NCBI GenBank assembly: GCA_009103225.1
Contig: RHPI01002262.1
Location: 847,213 to 911,212 of the forward strand
DNA length: 64,000 bases
DNA from: Chlorokybus atmophyticus
Taxonomy: Eukaryota; Plantae; Mesostigma and Chlorokybus algae
Direction: 5' to 3'
The position numbers and the translations under genes are program-made. Below are positions 13,204 to 26,371 of the stretch, in pieces. Each line of letters begins with the position of its first letter. Position 1 is the stretch's first letter. Under the pieces are notes generated by a model, which made no database searches, was not told where the DNA came from, and worked only from the letters and a program-made list of their open reading frames with translations.

Positions 13204-14368
13204 TCAGGCTACGTCGTGATATAATTCAACTCCAGATGCCGATACCTCCCTCCTATACGTAACTCTGTGCCAGCCGCAAATCCGCGCTAACACCCTGGTC
13301 CCCACATAATATATGATAAAATCGAAAAGTTTCATAAGGCCTAACTGTACCAACAGCCTAGGCAGCATTTCCGTTAGTATCGGGTCGGAGTAGATGAGGG
13401 CAGTGCTGTTCTGCAGGTCGCGGAGCGCTACCACTATCGTGTAGATGCTCAATACTAGCAAGAAACCACAGTTGACCCAGCGTTGCACGCTGTCATTGAC
13501 CAGAGGAACTTGAATCAGCACAACCTGTTTTTTTTAAGATGATGCATCATCTCAGCGCGTGGTAGGCATTGAGTTCAGTGCGTTATACATACCTCCACGC
13601 GGTTGTATGCTTCTCTTTTATAGTGTGCACATCACTCGAAGGCTGCAATTCTGGTGCGCCAGTCACAGCAGGTGTCTCAGCAGCAGCAGGAGTAACTGGA
13701 GCTGAAGCCATGTCAATTGCAAATCAATCTCTCGCGCGTAATCTGTGCAGTGGTGCCCCAATTAGTGACGCTGACAAGTGCAATATGCCGTGCATGAATG
13801 CAAACTGGCACGGGAAGCAAAGCAAACATGCGCATACAGATGCAACCATACACCCAGCAGCAAACGCATAGTTTTGCACGCGCGCACAGTCGCACATAGG
13901 TACAGACCCCCCTCTCCCTCCCCCCCTACACCAGGATTGAGACACACACACGCACATGCGCCCGCACACACGCCTGCCCCACCCTCGCAATGCACATGCG
14001 GATTGTGTACAGAGAGACACAGACACATGCGCACACTCAAGCACGCATGCACTCATGCGCAAGCGGACTTAAACTCACGTACACACCTCTGCACGACTGC
14101 ATGCACATAGATCCGAACACACAGACACAAACACACACCTGCCCGCACTGCGTGTGTGAGTGCATGCGTCCTCGCACTTGTATGCAAGAATCGACAAAGG
14201 ACACGAATGCATGCATAATCAAATATTCACGCATGATCACACGCAGGCAGGTACGCGCGTATGCACGCAAGCTTGCACCAACATCAAATCATCAATCACT
14301 GATGAGCATCTATTATTAATCTCAATGCAAATCTGCGTGTGTACGCGGGCGTGGGTGTGTGTGTGCGT

Positions 14369-14459
<91 letters not shown>

Positions 14460-14460
14460 N

Positions 14461-14520
<60 letters not shown>

Positions 14521-15050
14521 CACCTCTCCAGCCAACGTCAGAGCTGAGGACGTTCTCTCCTCCTCCCCCAAGGTATGCACCAAGTTGCCTACCACTACCG
14601 CACCACCCTTCCCCGCCGCCGCCTCAACGTGCACAAAACACAGCCAGGCTTTGTTTCACCCTCTCCATTCGTACAGTCCAAAGCAGCACACAGCTGAGCA
14701 AGCAGAAGAAACATATCTGCTGGCAACATCACGGTATGCGGCGACCCGCTCGTTTACCTGTACGGAAGTGAAGCGGGCCGCCGCATACAGTGAGATGCAC
14801 AAGACATGTTTTCCCTCACGTCGCTGACGTGACCTCTGGCGTTGGCCCTGAGGTCGTCGTTGTCATCGCCGGCATGGTTGAAGGCAACAGTGTATGTCAA
14901 CGGGTGACTTGCGCAAGTTAATACACGCACAGAGATAGCGGTAAGGATAATGGGCAGAGAGGCAGGTTGTTGCGGGGAGGCGCTGCTAGTGTACGCACGT
15001 ACGAAGGTGACATCTTATTGTTGTGGTTGTTATGGTGGTGTTGGTTCCGT
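13204..15050 (-). pseudogene. Copy 4 of the unknown family, 5' part lost at the transposon-rich block
   Basis: SYVRTLAAPPRNNL (~15000), hairpin 14729-14793, NLVHTLGEE exon ending GAG|GTGAGT before the (TC)n run, MASAPVTPAAAETPAVT exon (~13700). Last exon 13204-13521 (IYTIVVALRDLQN...VGTRVLAR...RREVSAS) aligns with the other last exons. Confidence 0.7.
14372..14518. repeat. (AG)n microsatellite (copy 4 intron)
   Basis: Pure AG run with one N. Confidence 0.95.
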
Positions 15051-16030
15051 CTTTCTATTGAATTGATTGTTACTAGGGTAAAACGCCCTAACTTCGATGG
15101 TGACCCTAATTTCGTAGTGTTCACTTAATCAACGCTGTAAGGCACATTTTAAATTGGATTGGCTTAAAACTTTTACGGGAGCTGCAGCTCATTAAGAGCT
15201 ACTTAGCAAACCACAAACCACCTTGATCAACTATGTATTGCGCTAGTCATGTATTACTGAAAATGTAGTTATTTAATAACATCAAACCCGATTTCCGTTG
15301 AACGCTTGGTTTCGTCATAGCTGTTGCAAATCGTCGTTATATGCATGTGCGTGTGAGCGCGTGCGTGAGCGTGACGTTACAGTGGTTTATGTGGGTATGT
15401 GAACACGATCGGCTTATCATATGAAATTGTACCGAGGGACATACAACTATATATATATATTATATATATTTTTGATTGAACTCAACACCCAACATACTAT
15501 CAACAACAAGCACAAAAGGCTCGATAGTCACAGAATAGCTAAAGGTTGATGTTGCGTTGTTGTGTGGCCTACACATTAACATTGGGTGCAAGTGTGGAAG
15601 CTTCGCACTACCACCAGCACCGGTAATTTTGGGACCCCCCGAGTCCTGATTATTCACGCCATCTCGTCTGAATATTGATGACTTGATCCGTTTCACGCCT
15701 TTTGTCCGTGAATATCCAATGGTTATTGTACTTTCTGTCCCATCCCTGCCAAAAGGAACAGCGTTCTTCACCCGCAAGACGCATTCATATTCAACGTACA
15801 TACCACTGAACCTCGTTTCAACCCGTACACTTTGCATTTCAAACTGAGTATTTCGTGCATATTCAAGGTCAGTCAAGTTGTACTTGATGAACGATATGGT
15901 ACAATGAATTGTCAGTGCCCAAACAGCAGAATAATCACCCAGCGTGTGTGGTGCTGGCTACGACTTGCCGCGAAAACCCTGAGTCCTAAATACCATTGCA
16001 TAGTCACCGTCATATTCAGGGAACATGAAA

Positions 16031-16183
16031 TACACCAAGTCCCAAGTGCCATCGAACATTCAACACCACTTGACAAAACTGCTGATGTGAAATTACACCA
16101 AGTGCCAAGTGCCATTGAAAGTTCAACACCACTTGGCAAAACTGCCGCTGTGAAATTACACTAAGTCCCAAGTGCCATTGAAA
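16031..16183. repeat. 63-bp tandem repeat (~2.4 units) inside the CACTA-like element
   Basis: TACAC(C/T)AAGT(C/G)CCAAGTGCCAT recurs at 16031, 16094 and 16157. Confidence 0.9.
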
Positions 16184-16314
16184 AGGCAAGCATGCTAATG
16201 GCATGCATTCTAAATTCTATTAAGCACAAAGTTAGCTTGGGCTACTATTACACAGCTGGCCAATGAACCTGTGCTTTTGACTACAATTTAGCTATGTACC
16301 AACCGCCTGCTACT

Positions 16315-17695
16315 TCACATCCGCCGTGACGTTTGCTGTGCTGGCATGCTGTCCATGAGTGTTCGCAGTCGTCTCCTTAAGCTGTCTGCCTCTTTTGGAC
16401 GAAACCAATCCTTTTGCATCTGCGTTGCACACACCCACACCATCTGGTTGCTCAACACATGTCAACCTACACGACTTTGCACTAAGGCAGCTGCCATATG
16501 GAGTACATTCCAATGCATGAGCTGTACCTGCTGAAATATTGGGGCGTTTTGCTCAATTGGACCAGCTTGTATCCCATCTATAAACTTGTCAAGGTAAACC
16601 ATGACAAACAGCCCGCACGCAACTCCATCCCTCTGCTGAGGGACCTGCACGAACACGCTGTGTCAATGCGGGCGAACCAAACGTATGTGCATCTACATAG
16701 GGATTGTGCCGGGAGAGGGCGTGACCTCATCACCAGGCCAAAACAACATGTCCTCCCTGTGGATCAAGTAGCGGGACGTTTGCGGGAGAGAAGCGCTGTT
16801 GCGACTCACTTCCATGCTTCCTGCCCCACATATAGTTTAGATAAGCGCGCATTGGTCCGTCGACGTTGCGATGTAGACCAAGGGAGTCGAGATGGACGAT
16901 CAAGGGCGGCGTGTTGCTTCCAAGTTCCCCTCCAGGATTGCACACTAGCAGCAGACTCCAGTGAGTCCTGTGGCATGCAGACTTCAAAGTGAGTCCATGT
17001 GAGCAAGTACAGCAGCACTGCAGTGTGAGAACGTGGCTTCACTCTCACCGGCTGTCTGGGTTGACAATTGCTGCCAGCAAGTTCTTGGAAAACGGATCGT
17101 TCTCCCACCTGTCTATCCTGTGATTGCCACTGTGCCAGTTATGTTGTTCATGGCAGTGCACAATCTTGGTGTAGAAGTGCGGGTTGAACAGCCTCACGTG
17201 AATGCCTTCAGCTCTGCCCACGACCTCCTCTTCCTTATATCTGCGCGTGCGTGACACATACATGACACAGCTGCACAACACCAACAACGCAAGGCTCATA
17301 CCTGCAAAAGAAGTGGAGCACGGTGTCGTTGAGCTCCTGTCTGCCGTCCAGCAACTTTCTGTCCGCTTCAAACACTGGCACCGCATCACGTGCATTTGCA
17401 CTAGGGTAAATGAACAGGGGCACAGGTGTTGACGCCTCAACTTCAGCACCCGGCCCGTCCAGCACCATGATGTCATCATCGCTGTCCACGAGGTCCACAA
17501 CTGCTGCAGCCGTCGTGGTTCCCTGACTTGGGTGCTGGCGACGTTCCTCGTTGGCATCCTCATCATCAAGTTCCATCGGGACTGGCTCTGCAGCGTAAAA
17601 AGGTAGGATTATGCAATAAGCGCCGCAACGCAACATTCATAGTAACATTGACGGTCGTAAAACAGCAGCTTACCATTGTTCAACTTCATTGCCAT
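16315..17695 (-). CDS. Ulp1/SENP-family (peptidase C48) SUMO protease carried by the transposon, six exons
   Basis: Spliced product MAMKLNN|EPVPMELDDED...RQELNDTVLHFFCR|YKEEE...LFNPHFYTKI...AIVNPDSR|THWSLLLVCNPG...LIVHLDSL...|VPQQRDGVACGLFVMVYL|MQKDWFRPKEADSLRRRLRTLM*. Catalytic His, Asp, Cys and the oxyanion Gln are all present. The donor before the VPQQ exon is ambiguous: the most natural junction reads CAG|GG. Confidence 0.85.
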
Positions 17696-18989
17696 TGAAT
17701 AACTACTCACATGTAGGACTTAGTGTGCAGGCTAGATTACTATGAGTAATCAAACAATACATGCGTGCATATTCAGTGGTGTAGTACAATTGCAGCACCA
17801 CACCATACAGGGTGAATATCCAACTCTACTGCAAGTGAAAGTTTTGGGTGACTGTAAGTGTTCAAACAATCCCTGCGTGCATATTCAAGTCTGCTGCAGC
17901 TGCCATATGGAATACTACAGGTATTCAAACGAACCCTGCCTGTGAATGTTCAACGCTTTTGCAAGAGTCTGTCTTGCCTAACTACAAGTATTCAAACGAT
18001 TCCTGCTTGAATATTCATGGTGCAATACATGTGATGGTCACAGCACTACACCATACAGGTTGAATGTACAGCTCCACTGCAAGTGAATAAATGCCCCACA
18101 TATAGGACTAGTGTGCAATCTAATTGCCACAGGGATATTCACCGACAATTACATTGAACAGGCTTTAACACCTTTCAGACCAAACGGTCTGAATATTCAT
18201 CTCGACATGCAGGAGCCAGGGACGCCGTATTCTAGGCTATTCACCCCTGTTTTTGTTGACTATTCAGACCAAACAATCTGAAAATTCAGGAATGGGGGGG
18301 GCTCAGAATTACCGGTGCAGGCGGCCGTTCCCTTCTACGGGACTGACGACCTGATACAGACCTGATAATGTGGGTTTCATTGTGTTTTGCATTTGCTGTT
18401 GCGGAAGTCATATCATCTTGCTCGTAGCAGACAGACACGACATTGATGCACTTGCATACACCACCAGGTGTTCACTACTTGCATGCATGCACATATACAC
18501 ATGCTCGCACAGACATGCGGACGCATACAAGCATGTGCACATGTGCATGAGCGCACGCACGCACACATACACACACATGCATGCGGCGGTACACGCGCGC
18601 ACGGCGACAGTTGCCCACGCGTGCGCACACAAGCACGCATGCACACGCACATGCACGCCCTCCCCTGTCGGCAGCAAGAATAGATGTGGCTGCTGTGAAG
18701 CCGTTGCCGTCAAGGTCTATGCAGCGTTGCACCACACCAAATGCAAGTCCAAGCCCCACACCTTTGGCGTACCTCTTTTATGGTGGCGAATTCATGACGC
18801 ATCATTTTGAATAACTTCTAAAAGTATATTCAAAGAAGTGCAGCTGTGTCACGTGTGCTCTTGAGCATTGCAAAACCTAGTGTGGTGCTACGCCTATGCC
18901 GCATGGGCGTCAGCACTATAGGCTGTAGTGCATGTTAACTGCATGCGGTTTGTGCTCGATACACACGATTGAGTGTACAAAAGAACCGT

Positions 18990-20560
18990 AGGAGCACGTT
19001 GCAAATATTACACGATGACTGACAAGGGACTGAGGGACTGACGGGTGCCTGACCCTGCCTGACCCTACCTGACGTTACGGATTGGTCTGTACAGGGACTT
19101 TTTAGGACGGCCGTGACTATTAAGCAACATATACCGACGGCAAGCGGTGAACCGATAAGTACAATCAGCGGCGGCCTGCCTGTGACGGCAACACCGCACT
19201 TTAGGGTGACGGCCGCTTGTCGGTCGTCCCGTTTGCGCGATGGCAACCTATCTGTATAGCAGATAAGTCACGTTTTGGTCACATATAGTGACGGCCGACC
19301 GTCGGTCGTACCTTGACCATCGAAAAGTATGCGCGACGGCCTGCCTACTTTGGCAAGCCAGTCACCGTTAGTCCCTATCAGGTGACCTTATCGCGTTTAA
19401 TAAGTGACGGCCGATTGCCGGTCGTGCACTTGAGGCGGTGGCGACCTACTTATTGTGTGTCAAGTATGATAAGAAAGTGACCGCCGGTCCCTAAAGGTCG
19501 GCAAGTCGGGCCGGTGGTACCGGCCGGCAAGTCGAGACGCTGATACAATGCAGCCGCCGTACTATGTTAATGGTACGAACATTGCCATTGTCGCAATGGC
19601 ACTATCGTACCATACTAATAATACGATAGTGCCATTGCGGCAATGGTTTTTTTGTACCATAATAATAATACGATAATGCCGTTGCGAGTCACATTTCAAC
19701 AAAGCGTTTGAATAACTTGGGCTGCCCAAGTTATTCAAATGCTCAACGGCTCCAAGTCGAACAGAGCGTTGTGGGCGGCGGCGGCGGCGGCGGCAACGGC
19801 TAACAGTAGGTGAGCTTGGTTGACGTTGAACTACGCGCAACACCGCATGCCATCTAACCACCCTCCTTGCCTTAGGGCGGCCAGGCCAGGCCAGGCTAGG
19901 CCCGACCAGGCCAGGCGGCGGAGAAGGAACGGCGGCGGCGGAGGCTGGAGCTGGCGGTGCAAGAGCCGCAGCTCAGTACAAGGGTAGTACTAGCAGTAGT
20001 GCCTAAGGTAGTAGTAGCAGTAGTGGTAGTGGTAGCAGTAGTGGTAGTCAAGTTGTACTAGCAGTAGTAGTAGCTCAGTATATTACATTGTAATTTATTA
20101 TTTTTTTTTGTTTTTTAAACTATTATTACTAATTTATATTATTTGTCACGCATTCTTGCACAGCTGATGTCGACAATCACGTGTGACACTTATTCATGAT
20201 TGAGCGGTACCAGCAAATACCTTTGAAGGTACACATTAGTAGCGGTAGGTACCTTAAGGTATCTGACAATTTCGCTCAGTTAGCGTACAGTCGCCGGTAC
20301 CCAACTGATAAGTACCGGTCGCTTACCTGTTAGTTAGGTCAAGTCCCCTTTGCTTAACTGTTGAGTACCTGACAGGTACCTATTAATTAGGGTCAGTCCC
20401 TTCATGGAGACGGCCGCCAACTAATAGTGACGGCCGCTATGCTCAGGTCCCTGTATCGAGATCGCCGATAGACTGAAGGTCGACAGTCTAAATGAGTATC
20501 CTCAGCACGGCCGTTGCCAATATTTAGTCGGCCGGCAGGGGAAACATTTTGCGACGCATG
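18990..20560. repeat. Non-coding element with motif arrays and strong hairpins, probably a non-autonomous transposon
   Basis: Repeated GTGACGGCCG and AGGGACT/AGTCCCT motifs at 19020-19500 and 20340-20520, GGTACC repeats at 20200-20380, hairpins at 19571-19646 and 19704-19742, plus (GCG)n, (AGT)n and T-rich tracts. Termini not resolved. Confidence 0.5.
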
Positions 20561-20894
20561 CGCACACGCAAGCATGAGTAAGTATGCAGCAAGTTGGCAA
20601 TAATTACAAGCTACCAACTTTCAGCACCAACTGGCTTGCCTCAATCATGTGAGGTTAGCGATGTGTGGGACATTTGCGTGTGGTTGTGTGTGCATAAAAG
20701 TAAGGATCGAGCAGTTGAGAAGTAAAACTGGGGTTGAGGGCTTTCTGGTTTGGGACCCATCTCCTAGGCTTGTTGTGCAATCACAATTTCAACAACTATC
20801 AATATGACGCTTGTATATAGCAATCTATACAAACATTTGCACAAACCCTCAGTGGAATATCATAATGTCTCTATACACAACCACTGTGGCACGC

Positions 20895-21486
20895 GAGGAA
20901 GGCTAATGGAACCAGTATTAACGTAACTCATCAGAGGATGAAGCCGCCACCTCACGCTTGCGATGCGCCATGCGCATGCGTGCAGCCATCCCTGTGACCA
21001 ACTCATATCCGTCTTGATAAGTGATAAACACGCCTAGGAAGGCAGGCAGCAGCACGAGGATGCAAGTGCAAACATCCATTCAATCGTATCTACCCACGTA
21101 AATGTGGGTAGCGAATGGCAGCGCCTGGAAGAGCTGATAGGTGGCTACGAGTGCGTACAATACGGTAGTAAACAAGCGATAAAATAATCACCTATCAACA
21201 TAGTGACGATATCAATGAGCACATCCTTGTCCTCAATTGTATATATCATCTTGGGTCGAGTGCACCGGTGTATTATTACCTGAGAGTGGTGGTGTACTCT
21301 GGCACACGCACCACCACATCTCTGTGTTGAGTTTGTAGTGCGGAAGTAACTGGCGATGCCATGAGGACTGCAAATCCTTTTCAAGTAATTATAAGCTGTG
21401 CAGTGGAAACCCAGTCAGCACAAATGAAGTACGCCATACACGCATGCACAGATGAACACAGCTACGCAATTGCAGACACACGCATG

Positions 21487-21582
<96 letters not shown>

Positions 21583-23490
21583 CCACCTTCAGTCAGGCAG
21601 CTTCACATCCAGAGCAGGTTGTGTCTCGCCCCCTATCACAAGGCATGCACCAGCGTGTGCGCCAACAACAACCAAATCCGCCAGGCCGCAACCTTCCCCG
21701 CCGCCTAACACTGCACAAACCGCACAAACAAAGGCCCTCAGGCCCAACGCACGCACGCACGCACATTGCCATTTGCATGTTGAGGCTAGCCGTATCTGAC
21801 ATGCAGTAACCGAAGTACTAAACTTTCGCATCCTGCTGTGATACGCTGCGTATATCGACTTCGTTTGCGCGGAAAGCAACGCCAGGCGGTCAGGTCACAG
21901 ATACCAGCGTGTCAGTTACGCATTGCTGTCATCGCCGGCGTCGTTGGCGGTGTCGTTGGTGTAGTCGCCTTCAGGTAGATTGAGTAAGGTTTGAGAGACA
22001 CGCACACAGAGACAGAGGGAGAGCGAGTGGACTGATATGGTACAGGCGGAGAGCAGAGTGTCGCGGGAGTCGCTGCTGGCGCAAGCTCGAAGGTGAGAGA
22101 TCCTGATGTTATTGTAATGTTCGTTGTTTCTTCTGCCTTGCTATCAAATATCACTGTCAATGCTGGAACAACTGTGTCTGCCTGATCTGTAAGTAATACA
22201 AGCCATTTTCTTGCCTACAAGCCACAGGTGTGCGTGTATGGGAGCGTGCGTCTGTGTGTGCGTGTATGTGTTCGCGTGCGCATGTGCTTGTGCCTCTAAT
22301 GCAAGCACTTATGTGATACTAAGAGACCATCTCTCTGGCAGAGAGAGTTACTACTTGTTGTTTGGTTGTCGGGGTGCAAGTGTAGACATGTGGTGGCAGT
22401 ATGGGTGTGTGCTGCACGTGTGGAGGCTTTGCACTACTTCCAGGCAGCCCTTTCGTTTCCACGGTGCTGATGATCTGATAACGCGGGCATGTCAATCATC
22501 CTTGTGGCGTGCATGTGTTGTTGTGCCAGTCACATTGTCATATAGCTCGTCGCAGTTGACACGTGCATGCACATGTGAACTCTCTCGCACACGCATGCAC
22601 ATTCAGGCACGTGCAAGCACGCACACATTAACTGTTGTTGCACAATGCCACGTGCGAGCCCCATACCTCTGGCGTAGCTTCTCGTATGATAGCGCCTTAT
22701 CACACAGCACTTGGTACAGAATGTGAGATTGGTTTTGCTGTTCAAAGCAGTATGTATAGCTGTTCCTTATGGGAGCACTGCAAGAAGTAGGATCGAGCAG
22801 TAGACAGAGCTGTATGTGAGGCATGCCGAACACGTATGCATGAGGCACGACCCTTATGTGCAATGACGCTGTGGAGTTTGGCACACGTGCGCATGCCCCA
22901 TCCTCAGCCCTTCAAGATGCACGTCACACTGAGAGGGTGCTTCTATTGGGGTGTGCGTGCATGCGTGTGCGCATGCACGCGCCCAGGTGTTTGTAGTTAG
23001 GCTGCATTTAGTTGCTGTCCTGCAACCACTTGGCCTCAGATTGCTGCTGCGTGCTAACTCACCACACGTCCTCAACCTCAATGGATTGCATCATGCAGGG
23101 AGCAATCAGACATAGACCACCTTACAGATACAGTCCAAACCGTCTGCTTGTTCACCACAGTTGAACATGCAACGGTCTTGATTGATGTGTGCGCTGTGTG
23201 GATGCAGACTTGCTGATCAGCTGCACGAAGAGTATGCACCAATGAGTCACAGGCGCTTTTACAATAAAAGCGCCTGCGTCCTTTCCTTACGCTTCATGTA
23301 CTACATTGTGTACTGCTACCACTGCTCAAGGCACGTTGTGGAGTCCAGCATTTGTACGCAGCATAACAAGCTTGCAATTGAAGCTGTTTGTAAGTTGAGC
23401 TATGTGTACGAGCTACGCTACAGCATGCTACATACATAGCATGTGCACACAGTGCAGTGAGAGCTTGCCTACCTCAAGCTTGCTGCAGCC
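20895..23490 (-). pseudogene. Copy 5 (type B 5' region) of the unknown family
   Basis: Upstream region matches 7780-8620 (FGMPHIQL...CFEQQNQSHILY vs FSMPHLQF...CFEQKSLSHNLY). TFELAPAATPATLCSPP at ~22090. Last exons contain three in-frame TGA stops (R*LFYRLFTTVLY...HIYVGRYD*MDVC). Confidence 0.7.
21494..21579. repeat. (AG)n microsatellite (copy 5 intron)
   Basis: Pure AG run. Confidence 0.95.
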
Positions 23491-24402
23491 AGTCACTTCA
23501 GGCAAAATGTATGAAAGGTGTCTGCTGCTGTATATAAATAAAAGATAAGATCTGTAGGTGTCTTGCTAACAGCTAACTGACTGCTGCATTGCTGCATGAG
23601 ACCCTCTGTCCAGACCATCGTATCACCAATCTCACCAATCTCGTCATCCACATGACGCGTGTAGGTACCAATCCATACAAACTTTCAAGATAAAGTGAGG
23701 AGATGCAACCTTTGCTGCTACAACAATCAAGGTACAATGTCTCTATACGCAAACACGCAATGTAGAAAATAGAACAAGTATGAATGTAACTATACTGAGG
23801 ATGAAGCCGCTACCTCCTTATCGCGTGCCAAGCGATTGCGAGCAACAATGATGCTCACTAACTCACGTGCGTCGCAATAAGCTATTACGAAGCTCTGGAA
23901 GCCCCAGCACAAATCCATCAAAGTAAGGCATTTATTCTACCAGGAATGACTACCCATGTAGCGGGTACCGTCTTGCAGCGTGACGACAAGCATGGCGGTG
24001 CCCAGTAGGAGCCATTGTGCGGTAGTGAACACGCGGAAAAGCAACCGCTCGTCAATATGAAACCGAGCACACACATCCTTGCTTGTTATGAGAATATCGA
24101 CTTAGCAAGTATGCACCTGTGTGTAATCACCTCAGAGAGGTGAGAAACACTCCGGCACGTGCACCACATCTCCTTGCTGGGATGATTCTGTTGCGTCAGT
24201 CATTGCAACACGCACGAGGACTACAACTGTCTCTTCAGTCACCTGTGCACTGAAACCCAAATCAGCTTGACAAATGAAGTATGCCGCATTGACTATTTGC
24301 TTGCGCATGCACGAGCGGATGTAAGTTCACAGTCAATGCACATAAGCACGCGCAAATGCACCGTCGCACGCGTATGCACACGCAGGCGAACATGCATGCA
24401 CC

Positions 24403-24405
<3 letters not shown>

Positions 24406-24482
<77 letters not shown>
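24406..24482. repeat. (GA)n microsatellite (copy 6 intron)
   Basis: Pure GA run ending at an N. Confidence 0.95.
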
Positions 24483-26136
24483 NCGAGCAGGTTGTGCCTT
24501 TTCTCCCAAAAGGCGTTCACCAGCTTGTGCGCCAACAACAACCAAACGACCAGGCCGCAACCTTCCCGCCGCCGCCGCCTAACACTGCACAAACAGAGCC
24601 CTCAGGCCCAAGGCACTTGCCATTTTGCACGGGCCGTATCCTGACCAGGCAGGTATCCGGGATACCAACTCACCGTAGCGTAGCGTCCGATGACGCTGCG
24701 TATCGCTTCCAGTTTGCGCGCGCGCGCGCGGGAAGCAGCGCGGTATCCCCCCCCCGCCCCGTCGGTCAGATCTCAGACACCTGAGCGTCATCAACGTAAC
24801 GCGGATACGGTCACTCCAGCAACTCTAGCAATGAGCATGACGCTGTTTGTATGCGGCCGGCCGTCTTGGAGGTTCGGATGACAGTGGCACCGTTTCAATC
24901 CTGCTTGTCGTCGTTATCGTCGTTGCTGTCATCGCCGCCGGCGTCATTGGCGGTGTAATTGGGTGGGGTGGGGGGGTGGGGAGGTGATGTAGGGTGGATG
25001 TAGTCGGTTGTCGATTGGGGCCAAGTGTGACACATCCGGACAGAAGGGCAGAGAGCGAGAGAAGTTGTTAGCATGATAGAGGCGGAGAGCAGAGTGTTGC
25101 GGGAGGCGCTACTAGCGCACGCACGCGGGTGAGATCTTCTTGTTGGAATTGTTGCTGTCGTTGTCGCGTTTGGGTTTATGAGTGAGGATCGTCGCTGACA
25201 ATGCCAAGTTGTTCGTGAGTCTGTGATCTGTGACATACAATATTGTGCAAGGACCCATGTTGGTTGTGTGTTTGACAGGCTGGCCTGTGCGATATACACA
25301 CGTGTGTGCGTAATTGTCACTAACACCAATCATCCCCCCTCTCTCTCTTCAAACAGCTGTGCTTTGGACAAGCCACCTCCCGAGCTAGACGTGCGCTTCG
25401 TCGAGTTCGGCAGCTTCACGTTCCGCTTGCAGGTTGGGTGTGTACGCAGAATAGTACAGATTGTGTGTGTAGTTGTTGGCTGCATTGCGTTTCAATGTTG
25501 GGTGCACATGCATGCTGTCAGGACATGTGCACAGCCAACACAATGCCGCTCATGCAGGCGAGTGCGAAGGAGCCGTGCGCGGTGCGATTGTCAATATCGC
25601 TGCCGATCAGTGCTGCTAATGGTGGTGGAGCGAAACCTGCAAGCCTGCTCGAGAATGCTCCACAGGTGCACATTTAAACCGATTTCCAGTTTTATTGCAC
25701 TCACTTTGATGATAACACGATCGGAACATTTGCAATCGACCGATGGGTTTGGTATGTGTGTGTGCTGTATACATATGTGTACTGCAATGTATCATAGCAG
25801 ACACGCACACTCTCACACATGCACGAATACGCAATATAATTGCTCGCACACGCACATAGGCACATCAGCATCTGTTCATGTGAGCGTACGCTCTGTTCAG
25901 CGTAGCGTAAACTTGTGTACACACTTACACCAACATATCCACAACAACACCGTCTGCAAGCCATCACTAACACCCTCTCCTGTGGCTTCTCTCAGGTCCT
26001 TGCGGACTGCTGCGGCGACGACGCCCACATAGAACCCTCATCCAGAGACGGCGACAACCTGACTGTGGCTTTCGACGCACGCAAGCTCACAGACACAGCT
26101 GGTGAACAACAACAGCTCTTAACGCACACAAACACT

Positions 26137-26371
<235 letters not shown>

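Larger units (their letters stand above)
15618..18317. mobile_element. CACTA/EnSpm(CMC)-like non-autonomous DNA transposon with CACCG termini, 2700 bp
   Basis: Imperfect TIRs of ~58 bp: left CACCGGTAATTTTGGGACCCCCCGAGTCCTGATTATTCA, right (reverse complement) CACCGGTAATTCTGAGCCCCCCCCATTCCTGAATTTTCA. 3-bp target duplication CAG at 15615-15617 and 18318-18320. Many subterminal (G/C)ATATTCA-like motifs at both ends. No transposase-like ORF seen. Confidence 0.88.

Noticed and set aside
14160-14827. ORFs with (RE)n or (SL)n tracts here and at 1919-2682, 6304-6801, 21361-21799, 24267-24784
   Set aside because: These are translations of intronic GA/CT microsatellites, not proteins.
15460-15876. 138-aa ORF considered as a possible transposase fragment
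   Set aside because: It crosses the left TIR into flanking DNA and has no DDE or Tnp2 motifs.
20895-21400. TGA at conserved Trp/Cys positions in copy 5, raising the idea of stop-codon recoding or selenocysteine
   Set aside because: Intact genes here end in TGA, TAG or TAA normally, and sister copies have frameshifts and TAG stops. Ordinary pseudogenisation is sufficient.
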